DNA of 64,000 nucleotides from a virus (Duplodnaviria; Heunggongvirae; Uroviricota; Caudoviricetes), in the IMG/VR virus record IMGVR_UViG_3300042914_002848. One strand, given 5' to 3'. The notes beneath the pieces were generated by a model. The model searched no databases, had not been told where the DNA came from, and saw only the letters and a list, made by a program, of their open reading frames with translations. Of this stretch, positions 19,853 through 28,408 are shown piece after piece (the first letter of the stretch is position 1; every line of letters begins with the position of its first letter). The translations under genes and the position numbers were made by a program.

Positions 19853-19974
19853 TAGTCAGGACAGGATTCGAACCTGCGGAGAACGGCTTGATAGTTTCTG
19901 CGCGAGGGCTACTTAATTCGCCACCCCTCAATCCTTGTTCTCAATTACGCTGCGGATACCACCGCCACCTGACT
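19853..19974 (-). tRNA. tRNA-like element, atypically long (122 nt)
   Basis: Same acceptor stem and T arm as 19536..19618, D arm GCGG-TGGTAT-CCGC, plus about 40 extra internal nucleotides. Confidence 0.35.
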
Positions 19975-20068
19975 GTGTTGAGGATGAGAAGTCCTCTGTG
20001 TTGTAAGTGTTTTCATAATTACTTCTAATTATCTACATTCCTTTCTCAAGAGAACAACACAATGTTGA

Positions 20069-20233
20069 TTACTGTGCTACAGCAGCAGTAGTATCAACAC
20101 TTCCACCACCCACAGTGTCTTGTGAGAGAGTTGAATCTACAGGTTCACCCATAGTTTCAGTTGTGGTGGTTTGGTTGTTTGAGCAAGCCGTAACTGTTAC
20201 AGCAAGCATCAAAATTGCGATTAGTTTTTTCAT
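20069..20233 (-). CDS. small lipoprotein (below the ORF-track size cutoff)
   Basis: 54 aa (MKKLIAILMLAVTVTAC|SNNQTTTTETMGEPVDSTLSQDTVGGGSVDTTAAVAQ) with a signal peptide and lipobox Cys. ATG at 20231-20233. Confidence 0.45.
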   Translation of the reverse strand: MKKLIAILMLAVTVTACSNNQTTTTETMGEPVDSTLSQDTVGGGSVDTTAAVAQ

Positions 20234-20278
20234 ATTGTTTTTTTTGTTTTTTGTTTAAAAATCATCATAACCATAAGG

Positions 20279-20482
20279 TCAGGCGTGCTTTTCTTCCCAA
20301 ATTCGTAAAGTTTCATCAATTTCTTCGGGAGAAAGTTTATCTGCTAACTCTTCTAATTCGTTAGCAACATCATCAGAACACATGCCATAGGTCTCAATCA
20401 TACGATTAGCCTTCTCTTGAAGGTGAATAAATCGGCGAACATTTTCGTTTCTCACAATAATGGGGGTTAGTATCTCAATCAT
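20279..20482 (-). CDS. hypothetical protein
   Basis: The ORF-track start is a TTG; ATG at 20482 (MIEILTP) lies 6 nt after the promoter's -7 box. Confidence 0.45.
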   Translation of the reverse strand: MIEILTPIIVRNENVRRFIHLQEKANRMIETYGMCSDDVANELEELADKLSPEEIDETLRIWEEKHA

Positions 20483-20488
20483 TACATA

Positions 20489-20522
20489 GTAAATATACAA
20501 CAGAAAAATGGAGTTTCCAAAC
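20489..20522 (-). promoter_or_regulatory. conserved phage promoter element
   Basis: Reads GTTTGGAAACTCCATTTTTCTGTTGTATATTTAC on the minus strand. Confidence 0.5.
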
Positions 20523-20636
20523 TTTGTATGTTAAATTTAGGTTAAATTTTTAACTTAATTAAGCCATCATCAGTTCATTTTTAAGTTGTTCCTGATAGGG
20601 GTTATCCGACATCACAAATGTATCGTATTACTGGTG

Positions 20637-21065
20637 TTACCAATCGTTTTCAGAACCAACTTTTACTAAATCCACACTTTCTGAATAATAACCGTTTGAT
20701 GAGCCATACCAACGAATATCTACATATCCTTTTATGGTTGCCAATTTGTAAAATGTCCAAGTGAACGAATATTCATAATCGTAATAGTTATCACCTTCTT
20801 CAAGTTTCTTCTTTTCCTTTTCAGCTAATTGTTCAGGCGTATGTTCACTTGAACTGTTTTCTTCTGCAACCAAAATAGGGCTACCTACCAAATCATTTAA
20901 GTCACCGTTGATGTCATCTATTGATACACCTTCGCAACAATCTTGTCTGTGGTACATTTTGTATTCAGTTCCATCATCAACGGTAAAAATTATTTCATCG
21001 TTGGCTTCGTTTTTTACTACGGCAGTTAATGTTTTGCCTAAAAGTTGTTCAATTCCTGTTTCCAT
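20637..21065 (-). CDS. hypothetical protein
   Basis: 142-aa ORF. Confidence 0.5.
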   Translation of the reverse strand: METGIEQLLGKTLTAVVKNEANDEIIFTVDDGTEYKMYHRQDCCEGVSIDDINGDLNDLVGSPILVAEENSSSEHTPEQLAEKEKKKLEEGDNYYDYEYSFTWTFYKLATIKGYVDIRWYGSSNGYYSESVDLVKVGSENDW

Positions 21066-21165
21066 TTTAGTTATATTTAATTTTATGTATTTTCTTATAT
21101 TTTTAAATTATACCATAGGAAATCCGGCGCGGGAAATAGTTGTTGATGGTAGTGGTTTAGAATTT

Positions 21166-21588
21166 TTAGCTACCTACCAATGCAGCAACCAACGCATCGT
21201 GCGCTGCTCCTTTAGGTTGTTTAATCATTACACCATTATAATTGGTGTATTGTGGTGCGGATGAACTCCAACCTTTTGAGTGATTACTAAAAGCCCGTTG
21301 GCCATAGTTAGCAGCAACCATTGGTGATACCTTTCCAATATTATCCCATCCACTTTCCCACTTTTTCAATTCGGTTTTTTCCTTAAAAGTGATACTATCT
21401 TCGGTAAACCCAGCAATCATTTTAGTTGGTGCTTTACGGAAAATGTTTTTACGCTCCTCACGATTTATCTCAATAAACAATACTGAGCGGACTTTTACCC
21501 TACAAACCTTTAGGTTCATAGTGTAATCCTTACCATTCACTGGGATGGTCACTGCGACAACTTTACCTTCCAAACTTTGTAGTTCCAT
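21166..21588 (-). CDS. hypothetical protein
   Basis: 140-aa ORF. A G8/T7 homopolymer tract sits just upstream of its ATG. Confidence 0.5.
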   Translation of the reverse strand: MELQSLEGKVVAVTIPVNGKDYTMNLKVCRVKVRSVLFIEINREERKNIFRKAPTKMIAGFTEDSITFKEKTELKKWESGWDNIGKVSPMVAANYGQRAFSNHSKGWSSSAPQYTNYNGVMIKQPKGAAHDALVAALVGS

Positions 21589-21618
21589 AATATAGGGGGG
21601 GTTTTTTTATCTTACATA

Positions 21619-21652
21619 GTAAAGATACGAAGAAAAACCCATATTTCCAAAC
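21619..21652 (-). promoter_or_regulatory. conserved phage promoter element (second copy of the duplicated module)
   Basis: Near-identical to 12279..12311. Confidence 0.55.
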
Positions 21653-21692
21653 TTTTGAGATTAAAATTCCATTAAAGTTATCCACATTTGTG

Positions 21693-21718
21693 TGAAAAAG
21701 TGTCCAATTTATTGGACA
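21693..21718 (-). terminator. rho-independent terminator (second copy of the duplicated module)
   Basis: TGTCCAAT-TT-ATTGGACA hairpin followed by CTTTTTCACAC on the minus strand. Confidence 0.5.
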
Positions 21719-21724
21719 GTTGGG

Positions 21725-21916
21725 TTATTTGTATGGAAACAACTTATTTAGGGTTTCCTGCCGTTCATCACACCCACAATCAGATTGTCCTGCAATGTGG
21801 GCTATTTTTTCAGCCAACTTATCCAATTTGGTTGCCGATGTTACCTTTGCAATGGTATCACCCAAACCTTTACTTTTTTGCCCTTTTTCTACGCCCATTT
21901 TGTATCTCCGTTTCAA
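21725..21916 (-). CDS. hypothetical protein
   Basis: 63-aa ORF that overlaps the ClpS-like gene. Confidence 0.35.
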   Translation of the reverse strand: MKRRYKMGVEKGQKSKGLGDTIAKVTSATKLDKLAEKIAHIAGQSDCGCDERQETLNKLFPYK

Positions 21917-22115
21917 ACTTTAAATAGTTTAATTTATTTTGGTAATCAAATAATTCAGTATAACCACCCTCTTTTACACAGCAATTACCTGTTGTGTGGA
22001 TTATGTGAGCAATACTTGCGCACTGATTTAGGGGATAATCAAACATATTTGATAATATTAAAATGACATCATTAAAAGAATGGATATCATCATTATGAAT
22101 AAATAATTTTGCCAT
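21870..22115 (-). CDS. clpS: ClpS-like Clp protease adaptor
   Basis: MAKLFIHNDDIHSFNDVILILSNMF...AHIIHTTGNC aligns with the ClpS core ([22 protein letters not shown]...AVHYQGKA). Start set at MAKLF. Confidence 0.55.
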   Translation of the reverse strand: MAKLFIHNDDIHSFNDVILILSNMFDYPLNQCASIAHIIHTTGNCCVKEGGYTELFDYQNKLNYLKFETEIQNGRRKRAKK

Positions 22116-22287
22116 CGGGTATATCAAATTTTTTCTGATATTTGTTTAGGTAAATTGGTATTTCGTGCTCATTACACAACTCTGCTAATATTGGACGATT
22201 AGACCTATCCAACACATAGATAATATGAGTTTGGCCATTACTACCAAAATCTACTTCATACTTTAGCTTTTTTACTCTTATTTTCAT
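22093..22287 (-). CDS. hypothetical protein
   Basis: 64-aa ORF. Confidence 0.4.
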   Translation of the reverse strand: MKIRVKKLKYEVDFGSNGQTHIIYVLDRSNRPILAELCNEHEIPIYLNKYQKKFDIPDGKIIYS

Positions 22288-22471
22288 TTAGTTTCTCCAT
22301 CCTATCGGTAAAGTTTTTCAACTTTTGGAGTTTTTCGTATTCTTCGTGTTTTAGATAAAAATCAACTAAATGCGGAATTACAAGCTTTTTATAATCCGCA
22401 ATACCACGCTTCCTACTTAGAACAATCTCCAAAGTATCATCCATTGCCTTTTTTTCGTATTCGTTTACCAT
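22256..22471 (-). CDS. hypothetical protein
   Basis: 71-aa ORF. Confidence 0.4.
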   Translation of the reverse strand: MVNEYEKKAMDDTLEIVLSRKRGIADYKKLVIPHLVDFYLKHEEYEKLQKLKNFTDRMEKLNENKSKKAKV

Positions 22472-22481
22472 CTTATATATA

Positions 22482-23060
22482 TTAAAAAAGTTTTAATAAA
22501 TCGTTAAATCTTGATTGTACTAATGATTCAAATATACGAACTTTTTTCTCAGGAACAAAGTGGTCTACCACTAATTTTGTTTTAATGTTTATGTTTGGGT
22601 ATTTTGATTTAAGTTTATTTACCGCTTGAATGTTTGATGGAGAATCATCCATAAAGGCTATATCGGTATATCCTTTTTCTATATGCTTTTCAATCCAATC
22701 TGCTTTATCTTTTGGATTATTACTACCTAATGCAACGGGATATACATCTAAACCTAATTGGGTTTTAAAAAAATGTCTAATTGGAAATCCTAAAGACCTG
22801 GCCGTTAATATAGTTACTTTTTTGGATGGGTTTGATAGCATTCTTTTTAGTAATTCTACATTCTTTTTAATTAATTTTGGTTCTTTTAAGAGTTTGTTGA
22901 ATTCCCCAAAATCAAATTTATCGCCGGGTTTTTCCTTATAAACAGCATATTCACCTGGTGTAAGCATGGATTCTTTTCCATCTGAGTGGATTACTCTTAT
23001 TTTAGAAGATGTCTTTACTAAAGTATCATCTAAGTCAAATATTCTTAAAACTTTTCCCAT
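22482..23060 (-). CDS. HAD-family hydrolase (5'-nucleotidase-like)
   Basis: DxDxT motif in IFDLDDTLV. The ATG abuts a promoter element. Confidence 0.55.
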   Translation of the reverse strand: MGKVLRIFDLDDTLVKTSSKIRVIHSDGKESMLTPGEYAVYKEKPGDKFDFGEFNKLLKEPKLIKKNVELLKRMLSNPSKKVTILTARSLGFPIRHFFKTQLGLDVYPVALGSNNPKDKADWIEKHIEKGYTDIAFMDDSPSNIQAVNKLKSKYPNINIKTKLVVDHFVPEKKVRIFESLVQSRFNDLLKLF

Positions 23061-23063
23061 ACA

Positions 23064-23099
23064 TATAAATATACAAAAGAAAGTTTAATTATCCAAATT
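23064..23099 (-). promoter_or_regulatory. conserved phage promoter element
   Basis: Reads AAATTTGGATAATTAAACTTTCTTTTGTATATTTATATGT|ATG on the minus strand. Confidence 0.5.
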
Positions 23100-23196
23100 T
23101 ATTTTACTGGACTTGATTTAGTATCCTCACCCCTCTGTCTTGCTTTTCTTCCTGCACAATGTGCTTTTTGAGAAAACCCCTTTGGATTATTACAAT

Positions 23197-23892
23197 CTAT
23201 GGATTTTTTGTATTTTTTAGACCAATCCTCATTGACTTTTTTTTTAAAAGTTCAACGACCATATTTTCAATAGTTTTTAACTTATCGTAATATTTCGGGT
23301 CCTCAAAGATGTGGTCTTTTGCAATCTCAAATGCAACTTTCTTATCATCCGTATGTTCCATCTCCACTTTCACACCTTTAGCAATTTGAGATTTTATTTC
23401 ATCCACACCAATACCATGCTTTTTTGCCAAATCATTTAAAGAATACTTATCTGCCATTCCGCCAGGAAAAGCATCTTCAAAAACTGATGGTGTTTTTATT
23501 TTGGCCCAACCACCGCCTGGTACATCAAATAAACGAGATGGAATAGGGATTATACCATCCTTTGGTAACTTACTCCAATACTGCCTATCAATATGTATCA
23601 CCCGTACCATATAACTTCTGGTTCTATTATCAGCACCAACCATTTCTACTTCAACAGGTACAGGCGCCCCACCAATCTTTAACTTACCTTTGTATATACT
23701 ACCTTTAGTATGTTTTGCTTCCTCTATACCAGCTTCGGGCGAAGGTGTTGGTGCAGGAGTTGGTTCTTCTGCGGGTGGTTCTTCTTCTTTTTTCTGAAGC
23801 AGGTCTATTGGAAAAGCATAGGTGTATCCACCACATCTTTTCCTAAACTCTTGTTCAGTTTCACCCTTTAGTTTTGAGGAGCACGTCGCCAT
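23197..23892 (-). CDS. hypothetical protein
   Basis: 231 aa with a Pro/Glu-rich linker. Confidence 0.5.
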   Translation of the reverse strand: MATCSSKLKGETEQEFRKRCGGYTYAFPIDLLQKKEEEPPAEEPTPAPTPSPEAGIEEAKHTKGSIYKGKLKIGGAPVPVEVEMVGADNRTRSYMVRVIHIDRQYWSKLPKDGIIPIPSRLFDVPGGGWAKIKTPSVFEDAFPGGMADKYSLNDLAKKHGIGVDEIKSQIAKGVKVEMEHTDDKKVAFEIAKDHIFEDPKYYDKLKTIENMVVELLKKKSMRIGLKNTKNP

Positions 23893-24598
23893 TTTTTGTA
23901 ATCCTTATATTTTCTTTTATAAATTTAGATATTGTTAGTTTGGATTCCACCAACTTTTCAATTTTCTCTCCTAAAGGTCTACCAATTGTCATTGATACAT
24001 AAAATCCAATCGCATCTACAATTCCAGTACCATCCCAATCAGATAAAGTTGCTATTGTAGGTCCAACCTCATACTCATATTTTTCAATAAGTTTTTCTTC
24101 ATCACTCCCATTATAAATTGCGGTTGGGAACAACGAAGCAACTTTTTTAGATTCGGAACGAAAGTTAGCATCCCTCAAAGCACCTATCAATATATGCTTT
24201 ACTGCGAATTGATGTTCCGAACTACCTGGCTTTAAATTATTAAGTTTTCTTTTTAATAGTTGAGATACTTTTAAGTTTAGTTCACGATTTAATTCGTTTA
24301 TACTACCCTCTTTTACTATTGCTTTTAAATGCTTTTTGTATAAGTGCGCAAGAAATGGTATTAGTTCTTTTACCATTTTATCTTTATCGGCATCGGATAC
24401 GGGTTTACCCATTCTTTCTTTTCTATCCAGTGCTTTTTGGTATGATGTGTTAGTTCTACCACCTGTATCTTTATTTTGGTATGTAAATGATATTGGTGTA
24501 TTGTAGATAGCATTGTATGCCTGGTCTTCTAAATTATTCTTTGTTATTACCAAAGCCTCTTTTAGAGGTTTTTTATTTTGTTCACATCCACAGTCCAT
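23861..24598 (-). CDS. hypothetical protein
   Basis: 245-aa ORF. Confidence 0.5.
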   Translation of the reverse strand: MDCGCEQNKKPLKEALVITKNNLEDQAYNAIYNTPISFTYQNKDTGGRTNTSYQKALDRKERMGKPVSDADKDKMVKELIPFLAHLYKKHLKAIVKEGSINELNRELNLKVSQLLKRKLNNLKPGSSEHQFAVKHILIGALRDANFRSESKKVASLFPTAIYNGSDEEKLIEKYEYEVGPTIATLSDWDGTGIVDAIGFYVSMTIGRPLGEKIEKLVESKLTISKFIKENIRITKNGDVLLKTKG

Positions 24599-24600
24599 AC

Positions 24601-25044
24601 TTATACCTTTCTTATTCCTTTATGATTATCTATTTTATCAAGTATTTCATTTAACAAGCTCATCTTTATGTATCCAGCCATAGATGCGTTTTTAAGTGCG
24701 CTTACTAACTGAAATACCATAAATGGAACAACGATTACTTCACTCAACCACCCTGTACCACTAAATCCCTTTTCAACCATTAATATTGCGGATAGTATCA
24801 TTATCCAAACAAATGTGTTTCTTAATACACTTAGTGCTTTATGTGTTTTAAATCCCTCTCTTTTTGAACCGGCGATTATTCCAAATATACCATCTAAAAA
24901 CATTACACCAATTACTGCGGTGTATTGGTCTTGATTGTTCATATATAGATTAAGAAAATAACTGCATATAAAAGCACATAGTGCTGATACGGATGTTATT
25001 GTTAATATCAACGGATTGGTGAGTATTTGTAATTTACTTGTCAT
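24601..25044 (-). CDS. putative holin (Phage_holin_4_1-like)
   Basis: Multi-TM protein whose FLDGIFGIIAGSKREGFKTHKA block resembles the LDxITG motif of holin family 4_1. It lies in the lysis cluster. Confidence 0.5.
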   Translation of the reverse strand: MTSKLQILTNPLILTITSVSALCAFICSYFLNLYMNNQDQYTAVIGVMFLDGIFGIIAGSKREGFKTHKALSVLRNTFVWIMILSAILMVEKGFSGTGWLSEVIVVPFMVFQLVSALKNASMAGYIKMSLLNEILDKIDNHKGIRKV

Positions 25045-25045
25045 A

Positions 25046-25432
25046 CTATTCGTTCTTTAGTTTTTGTATTTCCGTTCTTAATAAATATTCTTCTACACTA
25101 TCGTTCCACTTTTTCAAACGTATCATTTCAATCTTTTTTTCAACAACAAATTCCAAAGAATCAGCTTTCGTTTTTGCTTTTCTAGCTTTTTCGTATTTTA
25201 TTTTTTTAGTGGGGGTGTATGCTGAATCACTCTGTCTAATAAATTCCTCTTCAATTATCTTTTCCCTACTTTGTGATATGTTATCAATCTCCCCTTCTAA
25301 CCCAGATATTTTATCTAGCAAAGCGGATTCAACATCTAAAAAGTTTTTTTCGGCACGCATATAACCATAATTATATCCCGCTATCCCACCAATAAAGGCA
25401 ATTATTAATATGTAAAATTTTTCTAATCGCAT
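25046..25432 (-). CDS. membrane-anchored coiled-coil protein (spanin-like)
   Basis: N-terminal TM helix followed by a coiled coil. Confidence 0.4.
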   Translation of the reverse strand: MRLEKFYILIIAFIGGIAGYNYGYMRAEKNFLDVESALLDKISGLEGEIDNISQSREKIIEEEFIRQSDSAYTPTKKIKYEKARKAKTKADSLEFVVEKKIEMIRLKKWNDSVEEYLLRTEIQKLKNE

Positions 25433-25635
25433 TCTTCTACTAATTTAACTACAGTTTGTTGTAATTTTTCAACATCCTGCTCTAATTTATTAATTCTAAC
25501 TTTCTGAGCTTCTATTTGTTCTTTGTAAACCATCCTATTATCAACATACAAAAAAACGATCCCCACCAAAACCAAAAACATAATGGCTTTGATGGGGTCT
25601 TTTATAAAATCCTCAAATGATATAGGAAATTTCAT
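25423..25635 (-). CDS. membrane-anchored coiled-coil protein (spanin-like)
   Basis: 70 aa with an N-terminal TM helix and a coiled coil. Confidence 0.4.
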   Translation of the reverse strand: MKFPISFEDFIKDPIKAIMFLVLVGIVFLYVDNRMVYKEQIEAQKVRINKLEQDVEKLQQTVVKLVEECD

Positions 25636-25638
25636 TTT

Positions 25639-26238
25639 TTATTTAAGTAATGCGTAATATTCTTTAAAGTGTTTGATACGGTCAGGTAAACCAATTGTAC
25701 CACCGTTTACTCTTTTAGTAATTGCGGTTACATCAGCATCAGTTGCGCCCTTATCTGCGATAGTATTCAAGCCATTGCTAGACCAAAACCAAGCAGCTGA
25801 TAATAATGGATACTTTGTTGCTACTAAATCTGGGTTTGCAGCGATATCTTCGTTGATAGCTTTACCAAAAGCTACATAGTTGTTCTTACCTGTCAATTGA
25901 ATATAACCTCTACCTCTGAATTTGTATCCATCACCACTTGCTTCATCACCATTACCCATTCTACCACCATATACTAAGTTAGCAATCTTCTCAGGCTTTC
26001 TTTCATATTGAAGAGCTTTAGCTTCAGTTGGGAAATATTTTTTAAAAATACCCAACAAACCTTTTGCACCATAGTTTAAATTTTCTTGAATGGCTTTAAA
26101 ACCAGCACTCTCGTGACCACATTGTGCTAAAAAGTGAGATAATCTCAAAGCTGAATCAATTTTGAATGTACTCATCACAGACGGGATTTGTCCAATTACT
26201 CCATCAGGAACATGCCCTTTTAACTTATTAATATCCAT
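25639..26238 (-). CDS. endolysin, glycoside hydrolase family 19 (chitinase-like lysozyme)
   Basis: GH19 catalytic blocks HFLAQCGHESAGF and YGGRMGNGDEASGDGYKFRGRGYIQLTGKNNY. Confidence 0.75.
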   Translation of the reverse strand: MDINKLKGHVPDGVIGQIPSVMSTFKIDSALRLSHFLAQCGHESAGFKAIQENLNYGAKGLLGIFKKYFPTEAKALQYERKPEKIANLVYGGRMGNGDEASGDGYKFRGRGYIQLTGKNNYVAFGKAINEDIAANPDLVATKYPLLSAAWFWSSNGLNTIADKGATDADVTAITKRVNGGTIGLPDRIKHFKEYYALLK

Positions 26239-26278
26239 AAATTATCCTTTCGTTTTGTTACTTATATAAATATTGGTT

Positions 26279-26680
26279 TTATTTTTTAAATGCGGATTCT
26301 AATGATTTTCTTAAAGCAGAACTAAATTCGGTTCTTTCAAATGGTAGGTTTTCATCTTGCAATTGTAAAATCGTAGAAGATACTGATGTTTTGTTTGTAC
26401 CTTCCCCAAAATACTCTTTACCATCCATCGTTATTTTAGTTTTTACAACAGTTTTCTTTTGCTTAAATTCAAATGGGCCCACTCTAATACCTTTCGTTGG
26501 TGCTTCAATTGATAAAATTTCTACAGTTACTGGTCTACCATCATCGCAGAGTGCGTATTTATCATTTACCAATTCAGTAACGATTTGTTTTGCACCATAA
26601 GTTAATTTTGTATCAGGCACTCCATTCATATGAGCAAGTGTGATAACGCTTGAAATAAAGTAACATACTATTGTGTTCAT
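26279..26680 (-). CDS. hypothetical protein with hydrophobic N-terminus
   Basis: 133 aa; possible signal peptide. Confidence 0.45.
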   Translation of the reverse strand: MNTIVCYFISSVITLAHMNGVPDTKLTYGAKQIVTELVNDKYALCDDGRPVTVEILSIEAPTKGIRVGPFEFKQKKTVVKTKITMDGKEYFGEGTNKTSVSSTILQLQDENLPFERTEFSSALRKSLESAFKK

Positions 26681-26692
26681 TGTGTTCTCCGT

Positions 26693-28408
26693 TTAATAAG
26701 TTAAAGTTGATTGATTTGTAAATCCTGGTGATAATAAATATAGGTTTGTTGTACCTCCACTCAAAGGAGTAAAAGTATAGGTAGATTGAACTCCTGGTAT
26801 TGAACTTCTTAAATCGGTTGTGCTGGTGGTTAAGGTTGTCCATTGTGAGTTTGTGAATAGTAAAGTTCTTTTAGTATAAGCCAACCCATTCACCCTTTTG
26901 ATTATTGTATTTATATCCCCAATCGTAATATTATTATCACCATTTAATTCATATTTGTGGTAGTGGTAAGACCTGAGTGGTGTTCTTTGTAATATAATAT
27001 CATCAACTCCTACAAAATCAATAGAAGATAGATTTGAGGTTGTAGTTGGGATTACTACTTCAATATACCATTCATCTCCGTTTGTTATTGGCTGTGAAAA
27101 TGAATATTCCCCTAAAGTGTTTGTTGTAGATGTGGTTTGTTGAGTCCAAGAAGTGAATGTTGGTGCTAATACACCCAACTCCGATGTTTGTAATGAATAG
27201 GTACTTTGATTGGGTCTTTTCCAAACAACAGCCAATCCATCACCCCCACCATATTCTTGCATCCTTGCTCTAAAAGTGTATTGAGTCCCCGCTACTAAGT
27301 TTATATTCCCATATATCGGCCCACTCATTCCGTGTCCACCATAATAACTTACTACAAAAGTTCCACCAATGAATAAATCACTACCATCATCTGAATTTAT
27401 ACCAAATGAGTATGTCCCACTTACAGCAGGTATAAATGTCCCCGTAACTTCAACCGAATAGTAATCTCCATTATTGGGAACAGTTGCACCTGCATTTCTT
27501 ATAGTTGTAAATGTATTAAAGTTTAAGCAAGTTGTTGTAGGTAATGTCCCCGACCATCTGAGTTGAGTATTCGTAAAGGTTGTATTGAACAATCTATCAA
27601 ATTCAGTTGTGTTCGTTGGATGCGCCACATATTGTGATGTGTTTCCATTTCCAGCATGCGTTGAAAAAACCTTTACATCCATCACATTAGATAATCCAAT
27701 TGTTTGACCCCTCTTAAAAAGTTTTGTAAGTATGTTTGAAACAGGTACATCGTTTTCAGTTCTGATAATGCCTGAGTGTGTAAAAGGTATGAAGGGTGTA
27801 AACAATACAGATGAATTAGAAGTCGGACTCCAATTAACACCATTTCTACCTGTTGTTGTGATTATTTGTGAGTTATTGTTGTTTGATATCCCTTGAAGAG
27901 ATGCACCAGAAGAACACCCCGGATGTGTACTGACATTTATTTGTATTGTATTTGTTGTTTCTGATAATACGATTTGAAAATCCGTAAAAAGTGTGGTGCT
28001 GGAATTACAGCTATAATAACCTATATGATAACTTACAACAAATTTTCGGTTTGGAGATGAACCAATGGTTTGGTATCTTACAAAGTAACCAGAGATTGGA
28101 AATAAATCCATAGCATTGGCATGAATACCATTACTTACTACACTATTAGGCGAACCACCAACAATATCACCACCTGCATTTGTAAAAGATATCCATCCAT
28201 TAGAACATATATTGACTGTTGTAAAATTTGTTCCCCAATAACTGAATGTAAAACCTATTGGTAAATTAGATATAGTTTGGTCATCCCCCAAAGTTAAAGC
28301 AGTCCCAGCAGTTGATTCGTATGAGTAGGTTGGTGTTGATTGGGTATAACTCATTTGCCCAAATACCGAAAATGGTAGTAATAGTAATAATATCAACTTT
28401 TTCATCAT
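26693..28408 (-). CDS. secreted PA14-domain protein (carbohydrate-binding, adhesin-like)
   Basis: Signal peptide MMKKLILLLLLPFSVFGQ. PA14-like block GTYSFGINSDDGSDLFIGGTFVVSYYGGHG...LVAGTQYTFRARMQEYGGGDGLAVVW. Confidence 0.6.
   Translation of the reverse strand: MMKKLILLLLLPFSVFGQMSYTQSTPTYSYESTAGTALTLGDDQTISNLPIGFTFSYWGTNFTTVNICSNGWISFTNAGGDIVGGSPNSVVSNGIHANAMDLFPISGYFVRYQTIGSSPNRKFVVSYHIGYYSCNSSTTLFTDFQIVLSETTNTIQINVSTHPGCSSGASLQGISNNNNSQIITTTGRNGVNWSPTSNSSVLFTPFIPFTHSGIIRTENDVPVSNILTKLFKRGQTIGLSNVMDVKVFSTHAGNGNTSQYVAHPTNTTEFDRLFNTTFTNTQLRWSGTLPTTTCLNFNTFTTIRNAGATVPNNGDYYSVEVTGTFIPAVSGTYSFGINSDDGSDLFIGGTFVVSYYGGHGMSGPIYGNINLVAGTQYTFRARMQEYGGGDGLAVVWKRPNQSTYSLQTSELGVLAPTFTSWTQQTTSTTNTLGEYSFSQPITNGDEWYIEVVIPTTTSNLSSIDFVGVDDIILQRTPLRSYHYHKYELNGDNNITIGDINTIIKRVNGLAYTKRTLLFTNSQWTTLTTSTTDLRSSIPGVQSTYTFTPLSGGTTNLYLLSPGFTNQSTLTY

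Noticed and set aside
19536-19974. tRNA 3'-end repeats as a phage attP or integration site
   Set aside because: Complete acceptor plus T-arm pairs are present rather than a 3' fragment. No integrase, excisionase or repressor is found anywhere in the window, and the gene content is that of a virulent T4-like phage.
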